Virus record (IMG/VR): IMGVR_UViG_3300027782_000079
Span: 4,777 to 68,776 of that record
From: a virus
Strand: one strand, 5' to 3'
DNA: 64,000 nucleotides
Part shown: positions 47,323 to 57,465 of the stretch, one piece after another
How the letters are laid out: every line of letters begins with the position of its first letter
Numbering within the stretch: position 1 is the stretch's first letter
Made by a program: the position numbers and the translations under genes
Notes under the pieces: model-generated
What the model was told of the DNA's origin: nothing
The model's database searches: none
The model's input: the letters and a program-made list of their open reading frames with translations, nothing else

Positions 47323-47817
47323 ATGTCGCACAGGCCACAGCAAAACGAACGCCACTCGCTCAGACTTTCGTTGGAAGAAGAACAACAGGGAATTGATGTT
47401 CCATTCATGAAATTGGCTCTTCCCGAATTAAAATGGAAAAACTGGTATGTCAATCCAGAAAAAGATTTAACATCAGTCATTCATTATGAAAAAATTGGAT
47501 TCATTGATATTGCATCAAGAGATCCGGGAGAACTTTGCTTGTACATTATTGCAGTTCCTGTGACATTTGGCATTAATCGTGACATCATAAAAGAATATAA
47601 GATAAAAATTGACGTATTGAGCATAGACATACAAGGATCAGTAGTCAAAAAACCGGGAATAATAACAAGTGACACAAAAGAATATGATTCATTTTCTTTT
47701 ACACACGACACATTTGCAGAAGCCAAACAAGAAGTGGAACGATTTGCATTGATGTGGCTTACCGATCATCGAAAAGTTGTCAAATTGATCAATAATTCGA
47801 TTGTATTTAGCAACTAA
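47323..47817 (+). CDS. hypothetical protein
   Basis: AGGAG RBS; 164 aa. Confidence 0.6.
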   Translation: MSHRPQQNERHSLRLSLEEEQQGIDVPFMKLALPELKWKNWYVNPEKDLTSVIHYEKIGFIDIASRDPGELCLYIIAVPVTFGINRDIIKEYKIKIDVLSIDIQGSVVKKPGIITSDTKEYDSFSFTHDTFAEAKQEVERFALMWLTDHRKVVKLINNSIVFSN

Positions 47818-47827
47818 CGTACATAGC

Positions 47828-47855
47828 AAGCCACTGGCTACTCAGTGGCTTTTTT
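47828..47855 (+). terminator. Rho-independent terminator
   Basis: aagccactg-gctact-cagtggctt followed by a T run. Confidence 0.75.
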
Positions 47856-47872
47856 GTTATACTTTATTCATG
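47855..47872 (+). promoter_or_regulatory. extended -10 promoter, leaderless transcript of the terminase operon
   Basis: TGtTATACT-ttattc-ATG; no Shine-Dalgarno. Confidence 0.5.
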
Positions 47873-48955
47873 AACGATAAAGACATTATTCCGCAAAATC
47901 CATTGGAAAATATTGCCGAGATTGTCAGGAAACAATTCAGGGAACAAGCCATGAATAACATGGCGTCTGATCGTCCTGCGCGAAAATCTGTGCCGACGGA
48001 AATAGAAATTCCTTCGCTTCCTCGTGATGATCGCATGCAAAGCAAGCGCAGAGTCAGAAACGAAATTGAAAAAACCATCAGCAAATACGACATGGCCGGA
48101 TCTTCTGAGGGCTCTGTTGCGGCTCCTCAAGAAGATGAGATGCAGAATGAGTCGGACCTTGAAAACGAAGGAACCATTTACGCCGACATGCCTGACGGCA
48201 CTCCGGGAGAATCACCCTTGTCGCCGGAAGAGGCTGCATTGCAATTGGCGCTTGCTGTCCGAAAAGGGCACGAAAAAGGCAAGCCAGATATTGATTGGCA
48301 CTTGGTAAAATCATTATATATTTTTGGAGGATGGACTTATGAGAGAATTGCTAATGAGTGCAACATTGCTTTTTCTCTTGTGCGGCTTAACGGCAGAAAA
48401 GGTCGATGGCCAGAAGCTAGAGAAGCTTATCGAGCAGAACAAGCACAAAAAATCCAAGAACGATTGGCGCTTGAGGAAGATCGGTTACGAGATTGGCAGA
48501 TTATTAAACGTCGCCAAGCGGGTATCGATGGTCTTAATTGGGTCGTCAAAGCGCTTTCGAATTTACGCGACGATGCCAGTCCGGAATCCATAGCAAAACT
48601 TGCCGGTCTGGTGGACCGCATGCTGTCTTCAGTAACTGGATTGTCTCCGGTTGAAGGAGTTCCCGGAGCGGTCAATGTTTCTGTGCAAAACAATAATGTT
48701 TCCAATGCGCCTGCTTTTCCTCCCAACTCTCCGCAAGCTCGATTGGCGGCGGTGTGGGAAAAGAAAACAGGTGAAAACGAAATGGAACATACGCGCAGAT
48801 TGGCGTTGACAATTCGCGATCTTTACATGGAATGTGATCGGGCGGGATTATACGACGACATGAAGCGCGATCCTGACAATCAACGTCAACTCAAGTTGAT
48901 CAATCGACTTGGCATTTCGGAAGAAGAAATGCCACTCGTTATTTTGGAGCAATAA
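47870..48955 (+). CDS. putative terminase small subunit
   Basis: HTH-like DWHLVKSLY..WTYERIANECNI..GRKGRW followed by a coiled coil; abuts terL. Confidence 0.65.
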   Translation: MNDKDIIPQNPLENIAEIVRKQFREQAMNNMASDRPARKSVPTEIEIPSLPRDDRMQSKRRVRNEIEKTISKYDMAGSSEGSVAAPQEDEMQNESDLENEGTIYADMPDGTPGESPLSPEEAALQLALAVRKGHEKGKPDIDWHLVKSLYIFGGWTYERIANECNIAFSLVRLNGRKGRWPEAREAYRAEQAQKIQERLALEEDRLRDWQIIKRRQAGIDGLNWVVKALSNLRDDASPESIAKLAGLVDRMLSSVTGLSPVEGVPGAVNVSVQNNNVSNAPAFPPNSPQARLAAVWEKKTGENEMEHTRRLALTIRDLYMECDRAGLYDDMKRDPDNQRQLKLINRLGISEEEMPLVILEQ

Positions 48956-50638
48956 ATGGTCGTTAACACGCCAGAATCGCCTATGGCGGCCATTCCTGCA
49001 CCGGTCATGATGGAGGACGGACTGCGCAAATGGCGCATCTCCAAAACGATCAATGATCCATTTGAGTTTGGAAGAATATATTTTCCAAAATATTGGTTTC
49101 AGAAATCTCCTGATTTTCACAAGGAAATCATGGATCTTGCAACACACAAGAATCCAGAAGAGTGGAAAGGCAAAAGAAATCTCAATACACTTGTTTTGGC
49201 CGCTCCGAGAAATCATAGCAAGTCAACATTGATCACATTCTTGTATGTCATTTGGTCGCTTGTAACTCAACGCAAATTTTTCACGGTGATCATTTCAGAT
49301 ATTGCAAGAATCTCTGTTGGTCACACTCGCAATATCAAGGAAGAGTTTGAAAGCAACGATAAACTCTGCAATGATTGGGGAATTATTCTAGGAAGAGATT
49401 GGGATCAGCTTGCCGGTGCGTCCAGAGGAGAAAAAGAGAAATGGACAGACGAAGAATTTGTCATCGGTTTTCGGAAGTGGAACGTAAAGGAGAATTGCTG
49501 GAGCAACGAGCTTGACGACCGCGCAAAAATTCTTGCTCGCATGGCGAACAATCCGCTCCGTGGGCTTCGGTTCGGTTTTCGCCGACCCGATCTCGTCATT
49601 GCCGATGATTTGGAGAATGACGAGCTTGTTGATACGGCAGTTCAACGAGAGAAACTTGCGCAATGGTGGGATTCGGCGGTGGAACCAATGATTGAGCCTC
49701 CTCCTGTGGGGCAGATCATTCTTGTGGGAACCGTGCTGCATTACGGATCATTATTGAACCAGATGCTTAATCGTCCGGATCTTTATGTGACAAGAAGATA
49801 TCAAGCAGTTGTTTCAAAAGATGACGAATTTGGAAACAAGCTGCAACAACCTCTTTGGCCAGAAAGATTTTCCTTGGAACGTCTTGCCTCCATCAAGGCA
49901 AAAAACACCTTGGCGTTTCAAAAGGAATACATGAATGATCCGCGTGACGACAATACGCGCACATTTCGCAATTCTTGGATTCAATGGTATGACGCAAATG
50001 ATCTTGGATTTCGTCCGCAAACAGAAAAATGGTATTTTCGCGGCAAACCGTTGACATTTTTTACGGGAGTCGATTGGAGTGTTGGCAAAGACGATCAATC
50101 TGACTTTTTTTCATTGGTAATGGCAGGAAAAACAGCTGATAACGATATTATTATATTTGATTGTGTCAATGAAAAAATGGATGTTGCCAATCAAGTAAAC
50201 AGAGTTATACAACAAAATAGAATATATAAGATACAAATGAATGGCATTGAGGGCAATGGATTTCAACATGTATTAATTCAACAAGTGTTACGAAGATCAA
50301 TGATAAAAATACGTGAAATCAAACACACATCAAAGAAGAAAAAACAAGTCAGAATCGAGGGAATGGCTCCCTTGTTTGAACAATCAAAAATATATATCAG
50401 AAAATGTTTGCAGCATGAAATTGTCAACGATACATTAACCAAAGAACCAGACTATCAGCAAGGATTTGCGTTTGACGAGTCTCGATCAGTGGTCATTTAT
50501 CCAGAATTTCTTGAATTGTATGAACAATTAATGACGTATCCAAGATCACCAAACGATGACATTCTTGACGCTTTGGAAATGTGTCTGGAAACTGCGCAAA
50601 TCGGACGCAGAGTGTTTGACGAGATGTTCCTTATCTAG
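48956..50638 (+). CDS. terL: terminase large subunit
   Basis: Walker A APRNHSKST, LRG..RPDLVIADDLE, VGTVLH, LWPERF, FQKEYMN, GVDWS and NDDILDA. Confidence 0.93.
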   Translation: MVVNTPESPMAAIPAPVMMEDGLRKWRISKTINDPFEFGRIYFPKYWFQKSPDFHKEIMDLATHKNPEEWKGKRNLNTLVLAAPRNHSKSTLITFLYVIWSLVTQRKFFTVIISDIARISVGHTRNIKEEFESNDKLCNDWGIILGRDWDQLAGASRGEKEKWTDEEFVIGFRKWNVKENCWSNELDDRAKILARMANNPLRGLRFGFRRPDLVIADDLENDELVDTAVQREKLAQWWDSAVEPMIEPPPVGQIILVGTVLHYGSLLNQMLNRPDLYVTRRYQAVVSKDDEFGNKLQQPLWPERFSLERLASIKAKNTLAFQKEYMNDPRDDNTRTFRNSWIQWYDANDLGFRPQTEKWYFRGKPLTFFTGVDWSVGKDDQSDFFSLVMAGKTADNDIIIFDCVNEKMDVANQVNRVIQQNRIYKIQMNGIEGNGFQHVLIQQVLRRSMIKIREIKHTSKKKKQVRIEGMAPLFEQSKIYIRKCLQHEIVNDTLTKEPDYQQGFAFDESRSVVIYPEFLELYEQLMTYPRSPNDDILDALEMCLETAQIGRRVFDEMFLI

Positions 50639-50709
50639 AAAAGACAAGATAATCAATTATTTTTGAATTCGGTATCATTATTGCAATTGCGCAGAAAAAA
50701 GAGGACAGT

Positions 50710-52566
50710 ATGATCGTTGACTCGAACGGAATGCCGATCAATCCAAACCGAAAAGACCTTGATCCAAAGGAAGTATATAGTCCTGAAAACATGGAACGCA
50801 TGCGCGAGAACGAACAGCGCAGAAGAGGACAATGGTTTTCCAATTATGGTCCAACGGTCACAAATATTGGATCAATTTCCGGAACGCTCAAGAAACCTCT
50901 TGACACTCCTCCCTTCATGATGTTACGACAGGTTGCTCGGGAATCACTGATTGATCGGGCAATTCTTTCTCGTCGCTCCGAAGACATCAAGTCATTATCC
51001 AGACGAGTTGTGGTTGCAGGCAAGCAAAAAGGCTGGCGAGTTGTTCACAAGAAATTTGATGATCCAAATTTTGATTCCAGTACGCGCGAGATTCATCGTC
51101 GATGCAGGGAAATGGAAGCCTTGCTTGAATCTCCAATGAAAACATATCACAAGACATTCAGGGATTTTCTTTCTGTTTCTGTTCAGGAAGAACTCATTCT
51201 TGACAGAAAAGCAATGATTTTGCGCAAGGACAATCGTGGCAGACCGATTGATTATTACCTATTGCCCGGAGATACCATTCTTCCTGTGCTCTATGTGATC
51301 ATGCCGTGGATGGCCAAACGAGGAATCAGTAACGAGCGTGTTGCTCGAATGATTCTTTCCGAAGAGTACAGTCAGAAAGCTGGAATATCCATCGACATCA
51401 CTGATGCTGCGTATGTGCAGGAGGTAGATGGTCAAGTTGTTGGTGCATGGAAAGATGACGAAATTGACGTTGAGTGGACAAATCCCTCTGGCGAATTGAA
51501 TCGTTGGGGATTTGGCACAAGTGTTCTTGAGCAATCCTTGCAAGCAACAGGCATGCTGCTGAACATGATCAATTTCAACAAGGACATGTTCAAACCCGGA
51601 TTTCCGAACAGAATGTTGATTGTCAGTGGAGACTATTCTGCCGAAGGCTTGAGTTCCTTTGAGCGCCAGATTCTTGGCCAAGGTGGAGCGGGGTCTCCCA
51701 GATCAAAGATGCCGGTTCTTCCCGGACCTGCAGACATGCGTGCTCAGGTTCTTGACTTGACCAATACGCCGAATGACATGCAATTTGAGCAATTTTTTCG
51801 AATGATGTCTGCAATCAAGTGCTCATTCTTTGGCATGCATCCTTCACGGCTCAACTTGAGTGATCGTGGTCCTGAAGGGTTTATCATGGGATCAGGATCG
51901 GCAACAGGAGAAGTTTCCCAAAGTGTCAATGAAGAAGGACTGTACTCCATTCTGGAGAGCATTTCGGATTGGCTTACTCGAACACTGATTCATCCTTATT
52001 ATGAAGATTTGACGCTCATTTTTGATGGCATTTACGAGGAAAGCGAAGCTGCTGTTCTTCAAAGCCTGCAGATTGAGTCGTCATGGAGCACAAAGAATGA
52101 AATTCGCGCACGACGCAATTTGCGTCCGCTTGGCGAACTTGAAGGAGGAGATGTCATCAATGACGGCATCTGGCTGCAGTGGGTCAATCTCAAGCAACAA
52201 CAGGCTCAACAGCAACAGGCCCAGCAACAATACGAACAAGGAGATTTTGGGCAAGGACAACCCGGACAACCCGGACAGCAAGGTGCTCCACAACAGGGCG
52301 GAGATGCCCAGCAAGCTGCGATGATGCAGCAAATGGCCGCTGCACAGCAGCAGCAGGGGACTCCACAGGGCGGAGATGCTCAACAAGCTGCAATGATGCA
52401 GCAAATGGCCGCTGCACAGCAGCAGCAGGCAATGATGGAACAAGCTGCCGCACAACAGCAGCAAGCTGCTCCTCAGCAAGCCGAAGAGCCTCCAAATCCG
52501 CGACGATCAACCGGAAATGTTGTTCGTCAGCAAGTTGACGAAGCACTACGATCAGCAGGACAATAG
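50710..52566 (+). CDS. portal protein with Gln-rich C-terminal tail
   Basis: Follows terL; TFRDFL..LILD, GFGTSVLE, DMQFEQF, NEIRARRNLRPL..GGDVI. Confidence 0.88.
   Translation: MIVDSNGMPINPNRKDLDPKEVYSPENMERMRENEQRRRGQWFSNYGPTVTNIGSISGTLKKPLDTPPFMMLRQVARESLIDRAILSRRSEDIKSLSRRVVVAGKQKGWRVVHKKFDDPNFDSSTREIHRRCREMEALLESPMKTYHKTFRDFLSVSVQEELILDRKAMILRKDNRGRPIDYYLLPGDTILPVLYVIMPWMAKRGISNERVARMILSEEYSQKAGISIDITDAAYVQEVDGQVVGAWKDDEIDVEWTNPSGELNRWGFGTSVLEQSLQATGMLLNMINFNKDMFKPGFPNRMLIVSGDYSAEGLSSFERQILGQGGAGSPRSKMPVLPGPADMRAQVLDLTNTPNDMQFEQFFRMMSAIKCSFFGMHPSRLNLSDRGPEGFIMGSGSATGEVSQSVNEEGLYSILESISDWLTRTLIHPYYEDLTLIFDGIYEESEAAVLQSLQIESSWSTKNEIRARRNLRPLGELEGGDVINDGIWLQWVNLKQQQAQQQQAQQQYEQGDFGQGQPGQPGQQGAPQQGGDAQQAAMMQQMAAAQQQQGTPQGGDAQQAAMMQQMAAAQQQQAMMEQAAAQQQQAAPQQAEEPPNPRRSTGNVVRQQVDEALRSAGQ
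52293..52427 (+). repeat. duplicated ~63-bp coding repeat (QGGDAQQAAMMQQMAAAQQQQ) in the portal tail
   Basis: cagggcggagatgc.ca.caagctgc.atgatgcagcaaatggccgctgcacagcagcagcag occurs twice. Confidence 0.92.
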
Positions 52567-52570
52567 CCTG

Positions 52571-52614
52571 ACGTAAAAACCCCCTCTTGCGTGTACAAGA
52601 GGGGGTTTTTACGT
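52571..52614. terminator. bidirectional terminator (perfect 19-bp inverted repeat)
   Basis: acgtaaaaaccccctcttg-cgtgta-caagagggggtttttacgt between the convergent portal and dnaE genes; T5 tract on both strands. Confidence 0.9.
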
Positions 52615-52620
52615 ATATGG

Positions 52621-55600
52621 TTAGATTTGCACGTCAATCTGCCCTGTGGAAGACAGAATTCGAAGGATTTCAGGGTCGCAAGGCGACTTTCTGTCCTGAA
52701 ATGTGGTCCAAAGACGAAAAATGCGGGAAGGAACCGACTCAAGACTCAAATTCCACTCCCGAACAGGGTAATTTGGCTCGTTTACCCGCTGAATCGAGGC
52801 AATTTTCATGTCAATCGCTGCAAAATCGTCCGCAATGACGGAATATTTGCCATTTCGCTCTCTAATGGTGCCTTTTACCAATACATTGGTCTCGGTAATG
52901 GCAAAATCTTGGACTTTTTCGAACAATCTGGCAAAAATGACCACATCGACCTTGTCAACATAGTCCTCAATGACCAAAAAAGCCATTTGCTTGCCGTTTT
53001 TTTGCCTGTGATAGCGTACACTGGTGACCGTTCCCCCGATAACACACTCCTCATCGGGACAATTTGCAATGTCTCCGGCAGTATGTGTGCAGTGCTCTTC
53101 CAGAAATGACCGAATCTCATCGAGTGGATGTTCAGAAAGATACATTCCAAGTGACTCCATCTCGGCATCAAGCCGCTGCTTCTTGGTATATGGCAATACA
53201 GAGGGCAAATCGGGCATGCTCACCAAATCGTTGGCTTCAAACAACTCCATTTGTCCAATGCTTCGCCGCTGTGACAATGATTTGACTGCGGAAACCTGCT
53301 CGCCCATGGCGGTGATCAATTGAAACCGCTCTCCGAACTCATCAAACGCTCCCGCATGAATAAGATTTCCAATGGTCCTCTGATTCATTGATCCTAGATC
53401 ACAATTGCTAAGAAATGCATAAAAAGAATGAAAAATTCCCTTTTCCAAGCGAGTGAAAACGATATTCCGGCATGCAGATGCGCCGACACCGGAAACAGCA
53501 TTCAACCCGAATACAATCGTATCAACTCCGTCAACTTCGGCGATGCTGAATCCCTCACGTGATATGTTCACGGAAGGAGAAAGAACAGGTATGCCCATTC
53601 GTTTGCACTCGGCAACCGCTTCTGACACCTTGTCCTTGTTTCCTGCTTCGTGCGTCAGAACGGCCGTGAGATATTCGATGGAATAATTTGCCTTGAGAAA
53701 TGCGGTGATGTATGAAACATATCCATAGCAAAAAGCGTGTGCGCGATTGAATCCATATCCGGCAAATGGAGCAATCTGCTCCCAGATCTGATCCACCGTT
53801 TCGGGATCATATCCGCGTTCGATGCTTTTGGATACGAATTTCTGACGCTGCTCCTCAATGACGGAGAGCATCTTCTTGCCCATTCCCTTGCGAAGAACAT
53901 CGACCTCTCCCCACGTGAATCCTGCGATCTTTCTCGCAATCAGCAGCACTTGATCCTGATACGTTACGACTCCATATGTTTCCTCCAGAATCGAACGCAA
54001 ATCCTCATGAAGGTAAGTCGTTTTGCGATTACCATTCTTCGCCATTGCAAAGACGGGAATATATTCCATGGGACCGGGGCGATACAATGCGACAATCGCG
54101 GGAAGGTCAGTGATGCGATTTGGCTGCACCTGACGCAACACGCCTCGCATTCCCGGAGATTCTACCTGAAAGACGGCTGTGGTATGCCCAGCGGAAAGCA
54201 TTTCATACGTACGGCTTGCTGACGGAATCTCGATATCGGTTGGAAGCTCGTTATACAGCTTCTCTCCGCTTTCTCCATACAGATCCACTCCATGACGCTT
54301 GCGAATGAGCTGGCACGCCTCCTTGATGATGGACAAGTTGGCGAGACCTAGAAAGTCGAATTTTGACAAACCGAGACTTTCAATGATTCCTGTCTCATTA
54401 TTGTTGTCATACTGTGTGACAAACGTACCGGTAAATTTCTTGGATGACTTTTCGGGAGGCAACTGAATGGGCACTACGTCCACAAGATCAGTCTCGGTGA
54501 TGAGCAATCCTGCAGCGTGTGTACCAAATCCTCGTGTTAATCCCTCAAGCTCCTTTGCGAGAACGAATACGTCCGCAAGCTCAGAATTGTCTCGTAAGAA
54601 CTGCTTGATACGGGGATCACGCTCCATGTTGGCAAGCTGCACATCGCCCTTGTCTGGAAAGAGCGCCGTAAACGCATTGCTGGTCGAGAAATCAATGCTC
54701 ATGACACGTGCCGCGTCCTTGACGGCAGCACGCGCTCCAAGCGTCTGAAACGTACCGACATGGGCGACGCGGTTTGCGCCATATTTTTCCGTTACGTACT
54801 TGATGACATCATCACGACGGTCGTCGGCAAAGTCCATGTCGATGTCCGGCATGCCTTTTCGTTCGCCATGAAGAAATCGCTCGAACATGATGTCGTACTT
54901 GACCGGATCAATATCGCAGATGCCAAGCACATACACGCACAAGCTTCCTGCAACAGAGCCTCTGGGAACAGCCATGACTCCCTGAAGTCGTGCAAATCGG
55001 ACATAATCCTGCACAATCAGAAAATAAAGCGCATATCCAGTTTGCTCAATGACCGAAAGTTCGTAATTGACCCGTTCCTGATGAGCAGGAGAAATTGATC
55101 CATATCTCCATCGCAATCCATCATCGACCTGCTGGCGAAGCCACGAAATGGGCGTGTGTCCGGCTGGAACTTCGAACTGGGGAAGCATGACCTTGGAAAA
55201 ATCAAGTTTGAGATTGCATTGCTCTGCAACCCATTCGGTATTACGTACCGCTTCCTCACGACCAGAGAAGTCGCGTAGCATTTCCGCCTCAGAGCGCAAG
55301 TAATACGCACCATACGGAGTGATCTTGAATCGCGAAGGATCGTCAAGCGTCGATCCTGTCTGAATGGCGAGCATGGCATCATGCGACCGCGCATCCTCTG
55401 GACGCGCATAATGACTGTCACAGGCAGCAACTGTGCGAATGCCAAGCTCTTCGGCAATTCCGAAAAGAACAGGATTCAATACTGCTTGTTTTTCATGTCC
55501 GTGATTATGTACTTCTATTGCGTACCTCTCCCCGAAAACATCCCGATATTCGGCAGCGATTCTTCTGGCTTTTTGACGGTCTCCTGCCAGAATCGTGTCG

Positions 55601-56031
55601 GAGAGAAGACCAGACATGCAGCCAGATAACGCAAAGATTCCGGCGGAATGTTCGACAATGCGAGGAAAATCAATGCGTGGCTTATAGTAGAAACCTTCGA
55701 CATGGGCTTTGCTCGTTAATTTCAAAAGATTCTTGTATCCGACTTCGCTCGTTGCAAGCAATGTCAGATGATTGCTACTTCCCGCTCTGTCAAGCGATGG
55801 ATCCTTGCGAAACATGGATTCCCGCGCAACATACGCCTCAACGCCGATGATCGGCTTGATTCCAGCCGTATTGGCTGCACGATAGAACTCAATTGCCCCA
55901 TGCATGACGCCATGATCAGTCAGCGCAACGGATTTCTGCCCCAATTCACGCACACGGTCGATGATTTCACTGATGCGTGATCTGCCATCGAGAATGGAAT
56001 AATGGCTGTGATTGTGCAGTTGGACCACCAT
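52621..56031 (-). CDS. dnaE: DNA polymerase III alpha subunit
   Basis: PHP motifs LHNHSHYSILDG and ALTDHG; RGSVAGS; MPDIDMD; THAAG; KFDFLGL; YGFNRAHA; C-terminal OB fold. Confidence 0.97.
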   Translation of the reverse strand: MVVQLHNHSHYSILDGRSRISEIIDRVRELGQKSVALTDHGVMHGAIEFYRAANTAGIKPIIGVEAYVARESMFRKDPSLDRAGSSNHLTLLATSEVGYKNLLKLTSKAHVEGFYYKPRIDFPRIVEHSAGIFALSGCMSGLLSDTILAGDRQKARRIAAEYRDVFGERYAIEVHNHGHEKQAVLNPVLFGIAEELGIRTVAACDSHYARPEDARSHDAMLAIQTGSTLDDPSRFKITPYGAYYLRSEAEMLRDFSGREEAVRNTEWVAEQCNLKLDFSKVMLPQFEVPAGHTPISWLRQQVDDGLRWRYGSISPAHQERVNYELSVIEQTGYALYFLIVQDYVRFARLQGVMAVPRGSVAGSLCVYVLGICDIDPVKYDIMFERFLHGERKGMPDIDMDFADDRRDDVIKYVTEKYGANRVAHVGTFQTLGARAAVKDAARVMSIDFSTSNAFTALFPDKGDVQLANMERDPRIKQFLRDNSELADVFVLAKELEGLTRGFGTHAAGLLITETDLVDVVPIQLPPEKSSKKFTGTFVTQYDNNNETGIIESLGLSKFDFLGLANLSIIKEACQLIRKRHGVDLYGESGEKLYNELPTDIEIPSASRTYEMLSAGHTTAVFQVESPGMRGVLRQVQPNRITDLPAIVALYRPGPMEYIPVFAMAKNGNRKTTYLHEDLRSILEETYGVVTYQDQVLLIARKIAGFTWGEVDVLRKGMGKKMLSVIEEQRQKFVSKSIERGYDPETVDQIWEQIAPFAGYGFNRAHAFCYGYVSYITAFLKANYSIEYLTAVLTHEAGNKDKVSEAVAECKRMGIPVLSPSVNISREGFSIAEVDGVDTIVFGLNAVSGVGASACRNIVFTRLEKGIFHSFYAFLSNCDLGSMNQRTIGNLIHAGAFDEFGERFQLITAMGEQVSAVKSLSQRRSIGQMELFEANDLVSMPDLPSVLPYTKKQRLDAEMESLGMYLSEHPLDEIRSFLEEHCTHTAGDIANCPDEECVIGGTVTSVRYHRQKNGKQMAFLVIEDYVDKVDVVIFARLFEKVQDFAITETNVLVKGTIRERNGKYSVIADDFAAIDMKIASIQRVNEPNYPVREWNLSLESVPSRIFRLWTTFQDRKSPCDPEILRILSSTGQIDVQI

Positions 56032-56039
56032 GCCTGATA

Positions 56040-56600
56040 CTACCAGTCTTCGCTGGGTAGTTGCCGGATTGGGCGCAGATTTTCAATGGAGATGTTTCGG
56101 CTGTCGGTGAAGAAGCGCATTCCATTTGGCTCCACTGATCCGGCGGCACGGAATTCGCCTTTTTCCTTGAGATCTTCTGCCGTGGCATATCCGACAACCC
56201 ACGCAGTATGAAATCGCATGATATCAACCGAATCCTTTGGCGAATTCTTGTGCTGAAGACTGAGAAAAACATACAAGTCAGGATGCTGGACAGCCATGTT
56301 GTATAACGCGACCGAGCATTCGTCAGTGGAACGTGGCGACACTGCACGATCCTTTGATTTTACTTCGGTCCATTTTCCATTGACTTCAAGATCATGACTG
56401 GTGCGATACACTGTCTTGACGGGCATGCCCATCTTTTTCAAGAGCAATTCAGTCACGACTTCGCCAATGCAGCCAACCTGATTGGCTTGAAATCCGCGAT
56501 GTGAACGCTTGTAGATGGGTAACAATTGTGCGCGACGGGAGGATTCCTCAAGAATTCTTTCACTAAGGGGAATGCGCAGAAATTGCTTAAATTCCGCCAA
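56040..56600 (-). CDS. PD-(D/E)XK nuclease-like protein
   Basis: GCIGE..HDLEVNGKWTEVKSK..PDLYVF. Confidence 0.55.
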   Translation of the reverse strand: MAEFKQFLRIPLSERILEESSRRAQLLPIYKRSHRGFQANQVGCIGEVVTELLLKKMGMPVKTVYRTSHDLEVNGKWTEVKSKDRAVSPRSTDECSVALYNMAVQHPDLYVFLSLQHKNSPKDSVDIMRFHTAWVVGYATAEDLKEKGEFRAAGSVEPNGMRFFTDSRNISIENLRPIRQLPSEDW

Positions 56601-56937
56601 GGTTGTTTTTGCTCCTTGCCAAATTGAACTCCATCAATAACTGGAGCTTGCGTTCTGTTTCGTATCTCATGATGTCCAGAATGAGGTTTGCAAGCAATTG
56701 CGCTTGCGAATTCCAATCAAACCTGTCAAAATACTCGGACATCATTCGGTAGTTCTCGATCATCTGACAACGAGAAACATGAATGAAATGTGCACCTTCA
56801 TGATCGTCGCAATCACAATCCTTTGGAAGATCAAGCCCAAAGAGTCGAATGGACTCGGATGATTCACGCAACATGGCGTGCAGAAGACGCTGCGGCGTTG
56901 GATTGACCGGCAAATCAACCAGAAATTCGTCGACCAT
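56587..56937 (-). CDS. hypothetical protein
   Basis: 3' part of track ORF 56587..57069, start shortened to limit overlap with DHFR; CDCDDH..H..C cluster. Confidence 0.5.
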   Translation of the reverse strand: MVDEFLVDLPVNPTPQRLLHAMLRESSESIRLFGLDLPKDCDCDDHEGAHFIHVSRCQMIENYRMMSEYFDRFDWNSQAQLLANLILDIMRYETERKLQLLMEFNLARSKNNLGGI

Positions 56938-57454
56938 AGATCGTATGTCTCCATTTGACCCAGTCCTTGCCGGTCCAGACATCATCATTGACGGGCTTTT
57001 CTCGGGACTCCACGAATTGGGGAACAAAATCCCGTAGAACCTGTTCGGAGGAAAACGGAAATAACGCATCGCCCTCTACCTGATGATCAATGACGGTCAT
57101 GTACAATGACCCACACCACGGCATCATTGTGCCATAGATCTCGGTTCCTCCGCAAACGAAAAGTTTTTCAGGTGCAACGAGGAATCTGGTTACGACATCG
57201 CGGAAATCATGAGAGACTTCCACGCCGTCATGTTGCCATGCGCGATTCTTGGTCAAGACGATGGTCTTTCGCCCCTTGAGCGGACGCGCGGGAAGACTTT
57301 CAAACGTCTTTCGTCCCATGACCAGCCAATGTCCCTCAGTATGTTTCCGAAACCACTTGAGATCTTCCGGCAAATGCCAAGGAATGGAGCCATTCCGGCC
57401 GATGACGTACTGGCCATCGGCGGAATTTGCGCAAGCGACAATTGCACTAATCAA
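56915..57454 (-). CDS. folA: dihydrofolate reductase
   Basis: VIGRNGSIPWHLPEDLKWF, VMGRKTFESL..PLKGR, VCGGTEIY and EGDALFP. Confidence 0.96.
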   Translation of the reverse strand: MISAIVACANSADGQYVIGRNGSIPWHLPEDLKWFRKHTEGHWLVMGRKTFESLPARPLKGRKTIVLTKNRAWQHDGVEVSHDFRDVVTRFLVAPEKLFVCGGTEIYGTMMPWCGSLYMTVIDHQVEGDALFPFSSEQVLRDFVPQFVESREKPVNDDVWTGKDWVKWRHTIYGRRISG

Positions 57455-57465
57455 TGTTCTTCCTG

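Noticed and set aside
52591-53109. 172-aa + strand ORF after the portal
   Set aside because: Starts inside the terminator hairpin and is almost entirely antisense to dnaE.
48956-56031. Inteins or introns in terL and dnaE
   Set aside because: Both ORFs are continuous and of ordinary length, with no splice-junction or homing-endonuclease motifs seen.
56938-57069. N-terminal extension of ORF 56587..57069 as a real dual-coding overlap with DHFR
   Set aside because: A downstream ATG with GGAG upstream gives a minimal overlap; the extension is likely incidental.
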